The translations under genes and the position numbers were made by a program. A stretch of DNA of 64,000 bases from Lingula anatina (lineage: Eukaryota > Animalia > Brachiopoda). Of this stretch, positions 1 to 22,407 are shown piece after piece. Within the stretch, counting starts at the first letter, position 1, and each line of letters begins with the position of its first letter. Below the pieces are notes generated by a model, which was given only the letters and a program-made list of their open reading frames with translations, was not told the origin of the DNA and did not search any database. The stretch spans positions 4,526,001 to 4,590,000 of the forward strand of contig CM120645.1 in the NCBI GenBank assembly GCA_051362555.1. The letters run 5' to 3'.

Positions 1-1740
1 GGGTGGGCACTTTCGCTTTCGCACCCCTCTCCGAATACCTTATCGAGATATACGGCTGGCAAGGTGCCCTACTCATTGAATCCGCCATCATACTGCACGG
101 CGTCGCTTTTAGCGCCCTCTTCGTACCTCTGGAGAAAAAATCACGGGAGAAACAAGAGGACGAGACAACTCTCATATCCAAATTAAAGGCAGCTTGGAAA
201 ACAACAAAAGAAGTGATAGCTGAAATGATGGATTTTAGACTTTTCAAGGACCCAAAATTTGACGTCTACTGTGTCTGTATGTTCTTATTCGCTGTTGGCT
301 ACGTTGTTCCGATGACGTATCTTCCAGAACGCGCTGTGAAACAAGGCTACTCTCCGCGAGAGGGCGCTTGGCTCGTTTCTGTTCTGGGAATTTTAAACAT
401 GCTGGGGCGCATCTTCGTAGCCGGAGTTGGAGACCGAAAATGCGTGAATCGTTTCTGGATGTTCACTATATGTATCCTCATCAGTGGGGTTATAACCGGT
501 GGAAGCTTTTTGGCAAATGACATCTACTGGCTGCAGATGACGTATTCTGGGTGTTACGGTTTCATGATAGGTAAAATGTACAGAAATACTAAAGCTCTCA
601 AGGTTAATAGTACGGTAATTTTAAATTATGTTCAATTATCACATTTAATAATTTGTTCCGTTTTCTGACAATAGTAGATGTGATCACTTATTATTCTACA
701 TTTTAGGTCAAATAAAGTTTTATTCTGAGACATCTACCAATTTTGCAGAATACTTTTAAACTAATGTTTTTTATTTTTACCTATTTATTTATTTATTTAT
801 TTATTTATTTTGCCAGTTCCAATTTTAAACTGAATCTGTTCATTACAACAACATTTTGTATATCGATGCATATAGCTTCAAAGTAAAATTTAACATCGAA
901 GCATATTTTTTTTGGTCTATACCTTAACAAGTTTTTAATTTTCTTATCGATTCAGCTAAATAAATTAAATATATATGTAAAAATAATTCAGCTGTAATCA
1001 CTTTCAGGTATCTTCATTTCTTTGGAGTCCGTCGTGTTAAGAGATTTAATCAGCCTTGAGAACCTGACCAAGGGCTATGGTTTGGCCATATTTGTTGGTT
1101 ATGGGATAGGGTCATTGGTCGCTACGTCATTCACTGGTAGGTTATTTATTTTTAGGCACTTCAAGTACGTTTACAGGTCTTTTGCTTGTATTAACTTAGC
1201 ATTCACTTCAGCATTGTGCCAAGGAGGTGTATCCTTGCAAATGTATGGCAAATTGGTTCTGTTGTTTTACCATAAATAAATCTTACACAATTTTAATTTT
1301 ATGTGTATTTTGAAATAATTTCAGCATTATGTGTCAAGCTTTAATCTTCAGATATGTGCTATGACATATATAAAGTATGCCAATAGGTTTTGAGTCAAGG
1401 TTTTTTTAATGTGGTAGAACCAAGAAATCTCACGACAATTAACGTCGACTAGAGACTGCCACAAATTATACAATGTCATCGCTGGAGAGCTTCCCAATTT
1501 GCAAGCAGCCGATGTTGAAGATAAAATCAAAAATATTATTTGAGGGTTAGATTTCTTTTAAAAAAACTCTTATTTCCCTGTTCATTTTATTCCTTTACAG
1601 GCTGGATCTTTGACGTGACCCAAAATTACGACAACTCGTTCTTGGTTTCTGGAGGAATTCTCGTGGCAAGTGCTCTCTCCATGGTACTTATACCTTGTTT
1701 GAAGCGATATGACGCCAAGAGCGAAACCCCAGCCAATTGA
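1..1740 (+). CDS. Monocarboxylate transporter family (SLC16/MCT, MFS) paralog 1, 5'-truncated by the window edge; exons <1-570, 1008-1136, 1601-1740
   Basis: ORF 3..668 has MCT segments (LIEIYGWQGALLI, GILNMLGRIF). GT-AG introns join in frame to GIFISLESVVL...LTKGYG and GWIFDVTQNYDNSFLVSG...stop at 1738-1740. Confidence 0.9.
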
Positions 1741-1949
1741 CATCTGACATATTAATGCTGTAAAATGCTCCCACAATTCAAATAGAAAAGAAAATAGAAA
1801 TTAATGCCGACCAGAGACCTTTTTTACTTACTTGGTCACGCAATTTATTATGATACCTAATGAACTAAATTGCGCAGTTTGCTCATAAATGTACGGAATT
1901 CTTTCTGTATATTGCAGGTGGTTTTTTGGTTGTGTTCTTAGCTTTTGAT

Positions 1950-2400
1950 AACAGAAGGTCAAAGGCCAAAATCAGGTTTCATCAGGATTACCAGTATATA
2001 TGATTTCTTATTGAATTCCAATAGTAGTTATGAGTGTCTCCCTGTCGGATTTTGAGATATAAGGGCCGGAAAATTGCAATGATAAGTTCACGATAAAAAG
2101 TAAGTCAAAGGCCAAATTTAAGGTCACATTAAAATTGCCAAGATGTGAAATCTTTAAGTTCAATAGTAACCATAGGTCTATTTCAGCCAGTTTTGGAGAT
2201 ATGAGGACTGAATTTGCAAAGCTAAGCTCGTGGTGAAAAAGTAGGTCAATGTCAAATTCAACTAAGCCTGCCAATGTATGGTTTGCTATTCAAGTTCAAT
2301 AATAACTTTAGGTGAACCTCTGCCAGTTTTGGAGATATAAGGGGCGGAAATTCTGCCAAGTACACTTCTCGGCAAAAAGTATTTTATTTTCGCCGTAACA
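1950..2400. repeat. Degenerate tandem repeat (~135-140 bp units, motif TTTTG(G)AGATAT(A/G)AGG), probably a Helentron-type element remnant
   Basis: The motif recurs near 2050, 2190 and 2325, together with AGGTCA-rich subrepeats. Confidence 0.4.
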
Positions 2401-5400
2401 GTAAATCAAAATTTACATTTTCCTGTTGTATACACGACATCTAAGGCATTTTGTTGTGTAGGCTGAATGCGAACACAAGCAATGCAGCCACAAACGATGC
2501 ATATACCTGTACACTGCTATGGAAACGTAATACTCTGAGATGGTAAGATTTATTTGTATATTCTAATTTTACAATCATAAGACACTTTTTTAACTCATTA
2601 CAAAACATTCCAATACCATGATGCATCGCACAGAATCTGGTTTTCTCACGTTCCATTCTAATCTATCCGTCCATTTATGTATATTTCCGTATTTGGTTAT
2701 GGCGTGATATTTTGCGCTCAAATATTATTCACTTTTCTATTTTCCATAAATCTACATTTTTGGCTATCAATCAAATTTAATCGTCTTATTAGGTAATGGT
2801 GTGATAATTGACCCACGCTCACAACTTCTATAATTACAAATTTTCCATTACCTCATCATTATAGAATAATGTTGTTGTTGCTTTCCGTTTCTTTGTAGTT
2901 ATTTATAGCACAGTTCGAATGTTTTGCCTCCACTTTTTGACTCATTGACATGTTACAGTTTAAACAGTTATTAATTGTAAAATTAATTCACTTAAATTTA
3001 AAAGAATAAAATAATATTTGTATCAATAACTTATTTTCTTTTCGATGTCATGGGTGCCGTCTAGGTCCAATGGTCTTTTTCTTTAATTTGAATGAAGCAA
3101 ACTACCTTATATCTAAAAGTGACATACTTTATTTTCCTTTTTTCGATGGTGGTGGTGTAGGGGACCCATGTTTTTTAATGTATGCTCAGTGATAGCTAAC
3201 CTATATATCAACAGAGATAAAGTTTACATGAGCGAAGCCAAAAACAAATAGACTTGGTCGACGTCGACTATGTATGACAAATTACGCCGTACATGCACAT
3301 GTACGCGTTATGCAATGCTAAACAAGGCTACCGGGATGATAAAAATGCATAGCTTAAAAGTGCTTCCTCAACTGCTGCTTAGGGTATCCAACTTAACATT
3401 GACAGTAAATTGGCTGACCTTCAAGTACTATATTTACCTGTCAGTCAGCTGTTGATTCCCGGTGGGAAAAATGCAGTTGGCGAGTTAGTTTCGGTTTCGT
3501 CCTATATGTATTGAATCATACAGCTGTTTATTCAGTAATGTTCGGGACGACAAACTGTTGTACTGATACTACTACAACTACTAATATATTTATGTTTGAT
3601 GAGCGTGATTCCAAAAAAGACGGAAATAATTTAGTCTGCCGTTATATGTATGATCTAATGCTACGAGTACTGTTTACAAACCAGTTCTTTACTTTAACGT
3701 CCCTGAGGAAGTCGTCATACTGTAAACACGGGTTGGGTTGAAATAGCAATGCATCGTGCACCCACACCCACCCCTTCATAACTGTAAAGAAACCCTGCCT
3801 TCATACGGGTTGTAAAAAAGTATAGGGGAACATGATGACTGAGTACAGGAATATTTGTAGAACTCGGATATACAAATAGACCCAAACCGGTTCAAGTCTG
3901 AACTGCGTTGTCAGGCGTTTTCGAAGTAAGTGCAGTTTAAAGGCCCTCCCATAAAGAAAAGTGTTCCGCGACCAGCTATGTACCCATTGATTTATAACAG
4001 TGCTGCAGTAATGGTTGAATCCATCTTTTGTTTACGCATTTGAGACTGAAGACCGTTTAGGGGTTTAGGCCTACTTGTATGTCTGCGTCTAAGGAAACTG
4101 CACACTGACAGTTGTAAGTGTGCGTGGGGGGGGAGGGGGTATAAAACAGTAGACGAGTACAATATGTAAAGCACATGGATGGGAAATCACATGGTTTTGT
4201 CTCGTTTCTCTTACTTGTTATATTTTCATTTTCAAGGGGGATGGGACCAGAAACTACGACAGGGACAATATAGCCTGCTGAGTCCACTCCTTGATCTGCC
4301 ATTTAATGAAATTAATTACACTTAAAAGCATGCCTGCCTCTTATCAGTTGTTTAACGTAAATAGTCATATGACGCCCTCTTTATTACAAATACTTCTTTT
4401 CGAATACATAAGCTACCTCAACCTAATAGTACCTTAGCTTTACCGTACATTAGAATGATTATATGACACTATGACATAATACATACATACCTTATGGAAA
4501 GTGAAAGTGTACTCAGCTTCACCGTATACTGCACCTTGTCAAACAGACCTGTTGGCTACGTCAGCCTACGTTACTTTTTATAATCACTGTTTAGCCTCGG
4601 TTTTATTTGATTGGTACGAAGGCTTCAAAGTGCCATTCAAGAAATGTCACTTAACTGTTAGGCTGGCTGTAGTGGCTAGAAAATAACTAAATGGAGCTGG
4701 TTTTTAAAAATGGCTATAGCCCCAAAATTGTTGCAAAACTTGAAACCCAAATTTAGGTCTAGTTCATTTCAAGATAAATCTATTTGTCAAAGAAAATAAA
4801 GATTTAGCTGTATACATAGCTATGCCTCCTTTGCTGCAAATAAAAGTATTTCATTTCCTTTGACTACTAGCGATTTTTCTTTTGTGAAAGTGAAATATGT
4901 TTGGTCTTAAAGTTTAGACCAATTTTCGGCTTTTTGTGAAACAGGCCCATGGTGACATCAAATGTATGGCCTTGAAAAAAGTTAAGGTGACACTTATGCA
5001 AGTTCCTAATAAGTTCACAACACAACAACAACGACTATTGAAGTCTTTTAAAGTTTTGTTAACATTCATATTATTGAATCTCTTTTTAAAAAATTTTGTA
5101 AACTATGTTTTAAATCCAAAAGAGCTACAACAATGTGAACCCACTGACACTTATGGGGCTCCGTACCTGCAATTGTTAGCATCATCAGGTGACCTCGATC
5201 CTTCCAAGTCTGCGATACCTTACTCCCAAAGCTGAAGAACTGTTTAAAGGGTGATATTAACTTTCGTTTTTGGCATTACTTGGAACATAGTTATCAGAGG
5301 TAAGTTCCGTTCGTCAGGTTGTTACTATTGTACTAATGACATTATAACGGCAGCGAAGCAATGAAGCACTTGTTTTGACGTATTAATGAAAAGAACATGA

Positions 5401-5671
5401 ATAAAATATTTTGAATTCTATATTTCTGACATGATCACTAGTGCGTAATGGATTTGAAGGCAAATGACAAGGTTTACTAAAAGCATGTTTGGCTTTCTTG
5501 TACTTTTTTTTAGTGAAAAAATCTAAACATTTATTAAACTGGCTGCAATATTTTCTCAAAGATGTAAAACAGAACATATCCAAGGCGCAAAAAATCTACT
5601 CTTTTCTCTTTAAAAAAATCAACCTTCAACTCATCTCCAATTTGTGAAAATGAAAGTTAAAACTAAGGTTA

Positions 5672-6222
5672 CAGGCCTACCCAACTACCAGACTCGGCAC
5701 CTAAGGATCCTGAATTAACCGGTATATCGGACCAAACTACCCGTTTTCAAGGTGTGTGTCAGATCACATTTCGGAGTATCAGCCAGAACACCGACAGGAT
5801 GAGCCCTGGCATGCTCGGCTGTCACCTTGATTGGATAGTAAACGATTGTCGTAAAATCGCTATATGATTTTAAAACCGGGTGCATAATTTTGAAAGCCAC
5901 CTAGATGAACCTTAGACTGCCACATTAATCTAATACAATGCAAAAAAGCTCTATCAAAAGTGGTCAAAACATTCAAACCGAATGTCGTAAAGTCCCCATA
6001 TATCCCCATAGAGACAATAAAATAGAGTACTCCAAAGTAAGAGTACAGTTTAAGGTTGTTCAGCCGAGCGTGGATGAGCCCGCAGTCGTGCTACAAAATT
6101 TGTTCTGGGGTATGATACTCCGAAATGCGATCTGACACACACCTTGAAAACGGGTAGCGTGGTCCGATATACCGGTTAATTCAGGATCCTTAGGTGCCGA
6201 GTCTGGTAGTTGGGTAGGCCTG
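5672..6222. mobile_element. Non-autonomous DNA transposon (MITE), ~110-bp near-perfect TIRs starting CAGGCCTACCCAAC, 5-bp TSD GGTTA (hAT5-like)
   Basis: 5672-~5780 is the reverse complement of ~6112-6222. GGTTA lies at 5667-5671 and 6223-6227. Confidence 0.85.
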
Positions 6223-7104
6223 GGTTAGAAAACGCCCATGTTTGAACAAAAATTCCAGGCATTCTACGCACCTGTAATCTTGGCAGTATAAGTTAGAAAT
6301 TTTTGACCCAGTTTACAGAAATTGGGAGAAAAAATCATAACAACCACAGGGTTGTATATGTGTTAATTCTATTAATTTATTAAGGTGTTCATTAGTACAA
6401 ATATAGAAATATCAATACACCATTCCTTTATAAATATGCCATATCGAATACAGATATTTAACCGGAAAGACATAGAGGAAAATGAAATGTACATAAAGAG
6501 ACAATTAATACACTATTGTATTTACTTTAAAACGGTAATATGTTGCGTTGTTTAAATAAGTATGCGGCGCCTACTATTCCAAATTTAATATTTTCCCTAT
6601 TGCTAAGGCATGAAGTGTTGGAGCTGAACGGTGTTTTGCGTCGTTTTTACGTGATATAGGTGTCTGTAATAGATCACAGTTCCGATGCCAAAAGCAAATT
6701 AGTTTCGGTTTCGCTTTCGGTTTAGTATATATAGGCCTAATTCTGAGCAAGTTTTTCTTCCAATATTACCGCGAACGACCCAGAAAGTAAAATCCATTAA
6801 ATCCGACCTCTTACTCAATTAAATATCTTTTTGCATGATATTCTAAATTTACACTACAGTTATTGTTCCTTGGGTCTACCAAAGTTTACATTTTGTGTAC
6901 GTGCATTTTTCAGTTTTTTTTTTTTTTAATTACTGACTGTTGGGGGACTGCCAAAAGTTGTTCTGATGCCATACCATAATAATACTAGATCTCCAAGTCA
7001 AATCATTAATGAGTATATATTTATTTAAAGGAGATTTAAGGATATTCCCATGCTGTATTAATGATTCTGCATGCCCGCACCATTGGTGTGCAACATTCTC
7101 GACA

Positions 7105-8742
7105 ACTGGTTTTTAATGTGCTGTTTTGTTTCATTCCCTTCAAATATTTTGACATTTTGTTTACATTCTAGATGTATGAAGTGACTTAATGTTATTCCAC
7201 ATGGTTTTCAGTCTGCGTTCTCCACAGATGTACCATGCACATGTGTTAGACGGTGGATTTCCTTTTAAATGAAAGACTTTTTCCTGAACCTTTCCTATCT
7301 ATCTTTTTTTTTTCAATTGATCCTTCAATAATTCTATAGAACACTTTAGAAAACCGTACAAGAAAAATTTCCCACAGAGTATCCTAAATTATATATATAA
7401 CTATTTCCTGGTATTTTTCCCAAAAAGATCCTAATCCAATTTTCATATAGGACATTTTCTTCAGGAACCACAATGGCTTCTGAATCGTTTCGTTCATTCC
7501 AAATACAAATTGTTGGCATTAAAATATATTGAAAAAACAAAAAGAAAAACCCGTTAAATATTGCTTTTATTGTAGAGTCTAATATTTTTGCTCCCACGAT
7601 TTATCAAGCTTGTCGCATAAATCGATCATGTACCAGTTACCAGCTACCTGGCAGATTAATTATCGTCATATAAAGAAATGTAAACTAAACACCTGACTGT
7701 CAAAACGAATTTGCCACTGCCATTTATTATTGCGCTATTCAACGGTGCTTTTCTTTTTGTTTGGGTTTCGCTCTCACTTTTATCTTGTTACCGTGGGGGT
7801 TGTGTTTATTACAAAACTGTTACTTTGTTTATTACTTTGGGCATTTTCTTAAGGAAATACAATGGCTTTTGATTCGTTTCGTTCATTTCAAATTCAAGTT
7901 GTTGAGATTTAAATACATTGGAAAATAAAATCGAAAACCTGATACATATAAATTTTATTGTAGAGACTAATATTTTTGCACCCACGATTTACCAAGCTTG
8001 TTGCGTAACACGATCACGTACCAGCTACCTGCTAGAAGCCAGGTTAATTATCGTTATGTTAAGAAATGTAAACTAAACACCTTTTTTGTGTAAACACTTC
8101 TTGGAAGGTCTATTTATGAGAAACGGGGTAAACCTATCTCATTATTCAAACAAATAGTGTGCGTATGTTTATGAAAAGTTAAGAAATGATAACCTTGACT
8201 GTCAAAACGAATTTGCCATTGTGATTTATCATTACGCTATTCAACAATGCGTTGCTTTTTGTTTGAGTTCGGCTCCCATTTATATCTCGTTGCCATGGGG
8301 ATTCTGTTTATCACACAACTGTTACTATGTGTATTACATCCCTGATTACTCCTGTTCTGAACTCATAATCAAGGCGCATAGTGGTACATGAATGCAGTCA
8401 TCATCAGGAGAAGAAAGTGTAATGATGCTAAATGGATTTTTTTAACCGCCATTTTCACAGAAAATACTGTTGAACATCATAGGAAGATATATTAAACACG
8501 AATTATATATTAAACCCTAAACAGATTTCCCTTCTGAATACAAAATACGTGATAAGTGGATGAGGCAGAGACAAAGCGTTGTTCTGTTACTTTTTTCAAG
8601 TTTTTCAGGGTTAATGTGCTGTTTTGTTTCATGCCCTTCAAATAATTTGACATTTTGTTTACATTCTAGATGTATGAAGTGACTTAATGTTATTCCACAT
8701 GGTTTTCAGTCTGCGTTCTCCACAGATGTACCATGCACATGC
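7105..8742. repeat. Local duplications: ~135-bp direct repeat (~7110-7243 and ~8611-8741) and a ~390-bp imperfect tandem duplication (~7455-7845 and ~7845-8330)
   Basis: TTAATGTGCTGTTTTGTTTCAT...GTACCATGCACATG occurs twice. CAATGGCTT.TGA.TCGTTTCGTTCATT...GACTGTCAAAACGAATTTGCCA also occurs twice. Confidence 0.75.
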
Positions 8743-9706
8743 TCGTTTTAACTCTTAATATTCTTAAAAATAAATTTAAAAATAAATCTAAGGCTTTATA
8801 TTAAAAAGCTGGAGGATAAAACTTACATAAATGTGTTTATTACCCTCAAATAATAAAAGCTAGGTGTTGCTTGGTAAAAAATGTGAAAATGTTGTGAGGT
8901 GAGTGGGAACTGTCACCGCTGACAAAAACCGTTTTATGTGCTACACTCTCGAGTGTATAGACTCAATTCCTGTTTGTTTTCTCTGATGTAGGCTTAATAG
9001 AGATATAATAAGAGATTAAAGTGAGACAATATGCGTAGAACTGTCCCAGTCATGTCACTTGCTGTCTGCACCATCTTTTCCGATTTGTTTTTTCCTGTTC
9101 AGTTGCACACCCATGCCATGTGATTAACGCGCGAGTTAAAATGCTTTCTATAACACACGTGTCAAAGTCATTAAAAAAGACACATACCCGGTGAAAGTTT
9201 TCCATTTTCTTAAACATACACTTGCTGCCTTGTGTTTTTCATGTTATCAAGGTGTTATCACTCCGGGTTAGTCTATTGATCAATTGAACCACCAATAGCT
9301 TATGACAACAAGCGTTTTATCATCTTCACCACCAGTTATATAACATAAGTTGAAGGTGTCATTGAAATTTATTAAAGATGATTTTTGAGAAGGAAAGGGG
9401 ATTACAATAAATAAATTTTATACTGGTATGTAAGTGCTATCACTTTCACTTTCGTTTATGACGTTCTCTGTAGTAGCATTTATTTATAAAGAGAGGTAAC
9501 AATCCCAGTGACACAAAGGCTACGTCTTGATTTATCGATTAATGAGAGCCAGCTGTAATTAATAAATAAATGGAGTAAAGAACCAAATTAAACAGCCGTC
9601 ATGGTTAACAAATGGAATATTTTTCCCTTTCTATTTGCCCTTTGCCACTCGACGCATTTTTTTTCTTTAACGTCCATGTAAATTGTATGACATGACATTT
9701 TTTCAG

Positions 9707-10847
9707 ATGACAAGCGTTGAAATAGAGCTAGAACCTCTGAATGAACAACCGCAAGAAACTGGAAATGAAACTGTTCCTTCAGGGGGTCCGGTTGCCGCAG
9801 CGGAAGATGTCGCCAACACCGAACCGGTTCCCCGACCCGATGGGGGCTGGGGTTGGCTCGTCGTGCTTGGTTCTTTCATGAACCACGTTGTAATAGACGG
9901 TACGGCTTTCTCGATTGGCGTCATCTACGTGGAGCTCATCGATTACTTTGGCGCCTCCACGGCCGATACGGCATGGATTGGAGCCATTCAGTATGCCATG
10001 GTGAACTTGGCAGGTTAGTGCACAAGTTAATGACAACTACGGGGTACATCTTTTTTAGTCTATACAGCAAGTATTTTCAGCATCACTGACCTTGGTTAAA
10101 GACGTACAAGCGTTCTATTTATTGGAGGTGAGGCTACAACTGAAGATGAAACCCGGAATTATTATAAGTGCAGAGTACAGTGTTAACATTACTGTACACA
10201 GTAAATAATAGATTTCTATATACATGCCGATTTATCATCAAGTCTATGGGTCTTTCCGCTGTTTGTGACTGCATAACAATTCAATCACGTCACAATGACT
10301 TACGTTCTACTAAAAAAATGTCGGGGATACCTAAACGAGTTTCTTCGTGAATATTTAACCGAGTTTCGGTTTTTTACCAAGCTTCTTCTTTTTCACTTTT
10401 TTGCTACATTCTCGTCTGAAGAAAAAGGGTGTCAAGGTAACGAAACTAGGTCACTAGGCGCCTGTCAGCCCAGGGGGTAGGATATATGTCACATTAAGGT
10501 TGTCTCGTTCAATTAAATCGGACAAATCCACGGAGTGACGTGATAAACTGTTCACCTGACCAGACATCCTGTCAAAAAATATTATGGGGCCCATTTTTAC
10601 TGAAATTGAAAACGGCAAACACTAGATTCCTTAAAAAACACTACTATGCAGGAAAATGTTCTATATTATGTTTGCCGTAACAGTTTGATCACAACATACA
10701 AAAACGAAAACGGTTTCATGTAAACTTGATTGCATTTTCACCCTCGAGATAGATTGAAATCAATAGCAATTTCCAATATTTCCACCCTATATAACCAGAA
10801 ATTAAATTAAAAAGGAAGACCTGAAATTACACAACAATCACAAATAC

Positions 10848-10885
<38 letters not shown>

Positions 10886-12799
10886 TCAGGTCCCGTGGCC
10901 GAGGCACTGTGCAAGACCTTTACACCCCGTACTATAGGAATGATAGGCACCGTCATCGCCGCTATTGGGTTCATACTCAGTATGTTTGCCACACAGATTT
11001 GGCAACTGTACATAACATTTGGCTTTCTGACAGGTAAGTTACAGTGCAGAAACTCTAATGTAATGTTCTACATCCAGGTATGTTCCCGGTTTAGAAAATA
11101 AACACTATGACCTCCAGTCTTGGCAGGTGCTCCTCTGTTTTTCGACGTAAAAGCACCTCAGATACCCTGCACGATCCAGATTTTTTCAGGAGGGGGATCA
11201 TATGATTATTTTAACCCCCCCCCCCCTCAGATATTTTTGGAAAGAATTCAATGGGGATCTTTATACAGTGTTGTATATTTTCTTTCTCCTACTCTTGATT
11301 TTCCTCCAGCCAATGTCATGCTATAGGTGAGTCCCACAGGTGGTACAAATAACATGCATTGAAGGTCTTTAACAGCTACCTCCCTCACCCAAACATTTTC
11401 TCAGCTTACAGCCTGTGTGTGTGTGTGTGTGTGTGTATTCGACACAAAATTAAGTTCCCTATGCCATGCTACGTATGTTTCTGAAACACCCTCACCGTCT
11501 TCACCATTTATATTTCAGGGTTTGGGTTCGGCTTGAAATTTCTACCAAGCATTGTTTGCGTCCACGAGTACTTTGAAAAAAGACAATCTCTTGCGATGGG
11601 GATTGCCGTCTGTGGTACCGGGGTTGGCACTTTCGCTTTCGCACCCCTCTCCGAATACCTTATCGAGATATACGGCTGGCAAGGTGCCCTACTCATTGAA
11701 TCCGCCATCATACTGCATGGCGTTGCTTTTAGCGCCCTCTTCGTTCCTCTGGAGAAAAAATCACGGGAGACACGGGAAGACGAGGCATCTCTCATATCCA
11801 AATTAAAGGCAGCTTGGAAAATCACAAAGGAGCTGATCGTTGAAATGATGGATTTTAGACTTTTCAAAAACCCAAAATTTGACGTCTACTGTGTCTGTAT
11901 GTTCCTATTCGCTGTTGGCTACGTTGTTCCGATGACGTACCTTCCAGAACGCGCTGTGAAACAAGGCTACTCTCCGCGAGAGGGCGCTTGGCTCGTTTCT
12001 GTTCTGGGAATTTTAAACATGCTGGGGCGCATCTTCGTAGCCGGAGTTGGAGACCGAAAATGCGTGAATCGTTTCTGGATGTTCACTATATGTATCCTCA
12101 TCAGTGGTGTTATAACCGGTGGAAGCTTTTTGGCAAATTACATCTACTGGCTGCAGATGACGTATTCTGGGTGTTACGGTTTTATGATAGGTAAATATTA
12201 GGTGCTACGATTGCCATAAAGAGCAATCGTACGCTAATTTTTAAGATGGTGTGCAATTGTAAAATATGTTGGAAATTGAAATATGTAAAACAGACGTATA
12301 TCATATTTTCTACCTTTACAATTAATATGAATTCAACTACGTGTGTTTATGTAGGACACTTAAATTTATTAATCTGTTTTATTAATTACTATTATCACTT
12401 CCAGGTATCTTCATTTCTTTGGAGTCTGTCGTGTTAAGAGATTTAATCAGCCTTGAGAACCTGACCAAGGGCTATGGTTTGGCCATATTTGTTGGTTATG
12501 GGATAGGGTCATTGGTCGCTACGCCATTCACTGGTAGGTTGTTTTTATGTCACTTTAAGTACATTTACAGGTCTTTTGCATGTGGTAACTTAACTTTATG
12601 GCGGTCGGCATCTTGTCGCTTCTGCACGATGCTGAAGAGGCGAATCCTTGCAAATGTATGGCTGTCGATTGGCCAATGGTTAATTTGAGACAAGTTTTAT
12701 CTGAATTTGGCTGTAATTCCAATGCCATATATCGCAGCTTTGAATATTATACTACTTATTACAAATTATATTACGTACAGTGTTTGAATATCTTTATTA

Positions 12800-12839
<40 letters not shown>

Positions 12840-13231
12840 TTAGAGTCTGATATTTTTTAATATATTCTTGTTAAGTCATGGCCTTTTGTAAAAATGTGGC
12901 CAACAAAACTGGCGATTATTAACCTTGGTTGGAGACAGCAACAAATATGACAAGGCCGGAGAGCTTCAATTCTCAATTTGCAAGCAACTCGCGTTGAAAA
13001 TAAAATCAAAAATATAACTTAGACATCGGGTATAGAATTCCTGTGAAAGAAACTAAGACTCATTGCCCTGTTCGTTTTTATTCATTTACAGGCTGGATCT
13101 TTGATGTGACCCAAAATTACGACAACTCGTTCTTGGTTTCGGGAGGGCTTCTGGTGGCAAGTGCTCTTTCCATGGTACTCATACCTTGTTTGAAGCGATG
13201 TGATGCCAGGACGGAAACTCCAGCAAATTGA
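9707..13231 (+). CDS. Monocarboxylate transporter family (SLC16/MCT) paralog 2, complete, ~463 aa; exons 9707-10013, 10890-11033, 11519-12190, 12405-12533, 13092-13231
   Basis: Has the SLC16 signature PDGGWGWLVV and YFEKRQSLAMGIAVCGTGVG. All introns are GT-AG and the summed CDS of 1392 nt is in frame. Confidence 0.93.
10847..10884. repeat. (TTA)n microsatellite abutting the splice acceptor at 10888-10889
   Basis: Read directly from the sequence. Confidence 0.95.
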
Positions 13232-14057
13232 CCTCTGACCCGGTTCGTCCGTCCAACATACTGACATTCGTTAATTTCTGTAATTACTACTGGATACTTG
13301 CACCTGATATATAATACTGAGAAATGCTCCCATAATTCAGCCAGAAAAGGCCAATAGGGAAGAATAAAGACCAGAGACCTCTTCATTTACCTGGTCACGC
13401 AATTTATTATGCATAATGAACTTTATCAGTGCACAGTTTTTATATCAATGTTCTAAATTATTTCTGTATAATGCAGGTGGTATTTTGCTTGTTTTAAGCG
13501 TTTTTGATATCATTAACGGAATTTACCGCACAGCCAACAAAAAAAAGTACTGCCATATTTACACAGAGACGATTTTTTGTTAATTTTTACCTTCTCAAAT
13601 TAACAAATTTCTGGTGAAAATAATTGTTTTTGTTTATCATCAACTTCTAATTAAGCACACAATCTGATCAGCTTTTTAAGGAAATAAAATATATCTAAAC
13701 ATTTTTTGTGAAAAGTCAGTAATTTTACATTATGCAATTAAGTACAGTTTTTGTTGATAAAGACTACAAAACAAACAGCAATACAGAAATCTAACACTGA
13801 AAAATTTATAAGGAGCATTGACATTGATAATTAAACATACTGTACTAAATAAAAACAGGTAAATAAAAATATTAAAGAAATTACGTATTAATAGATTAAA
13901 TGAACAAGGAAAACAAATAATGGCAAATTAAAGAAGACAGGCCAAATAAACAAAGACAAACCATGAAGATAAAGCTAAAACTTTCAGAAATACAGCTGAC
14001 AGATATCAGTACCGGTCCAGTGCACATAAACATCTTCTTGTTAATTTGTAAATAATA

Positions 14058-22407
<8,350 letters not shown>

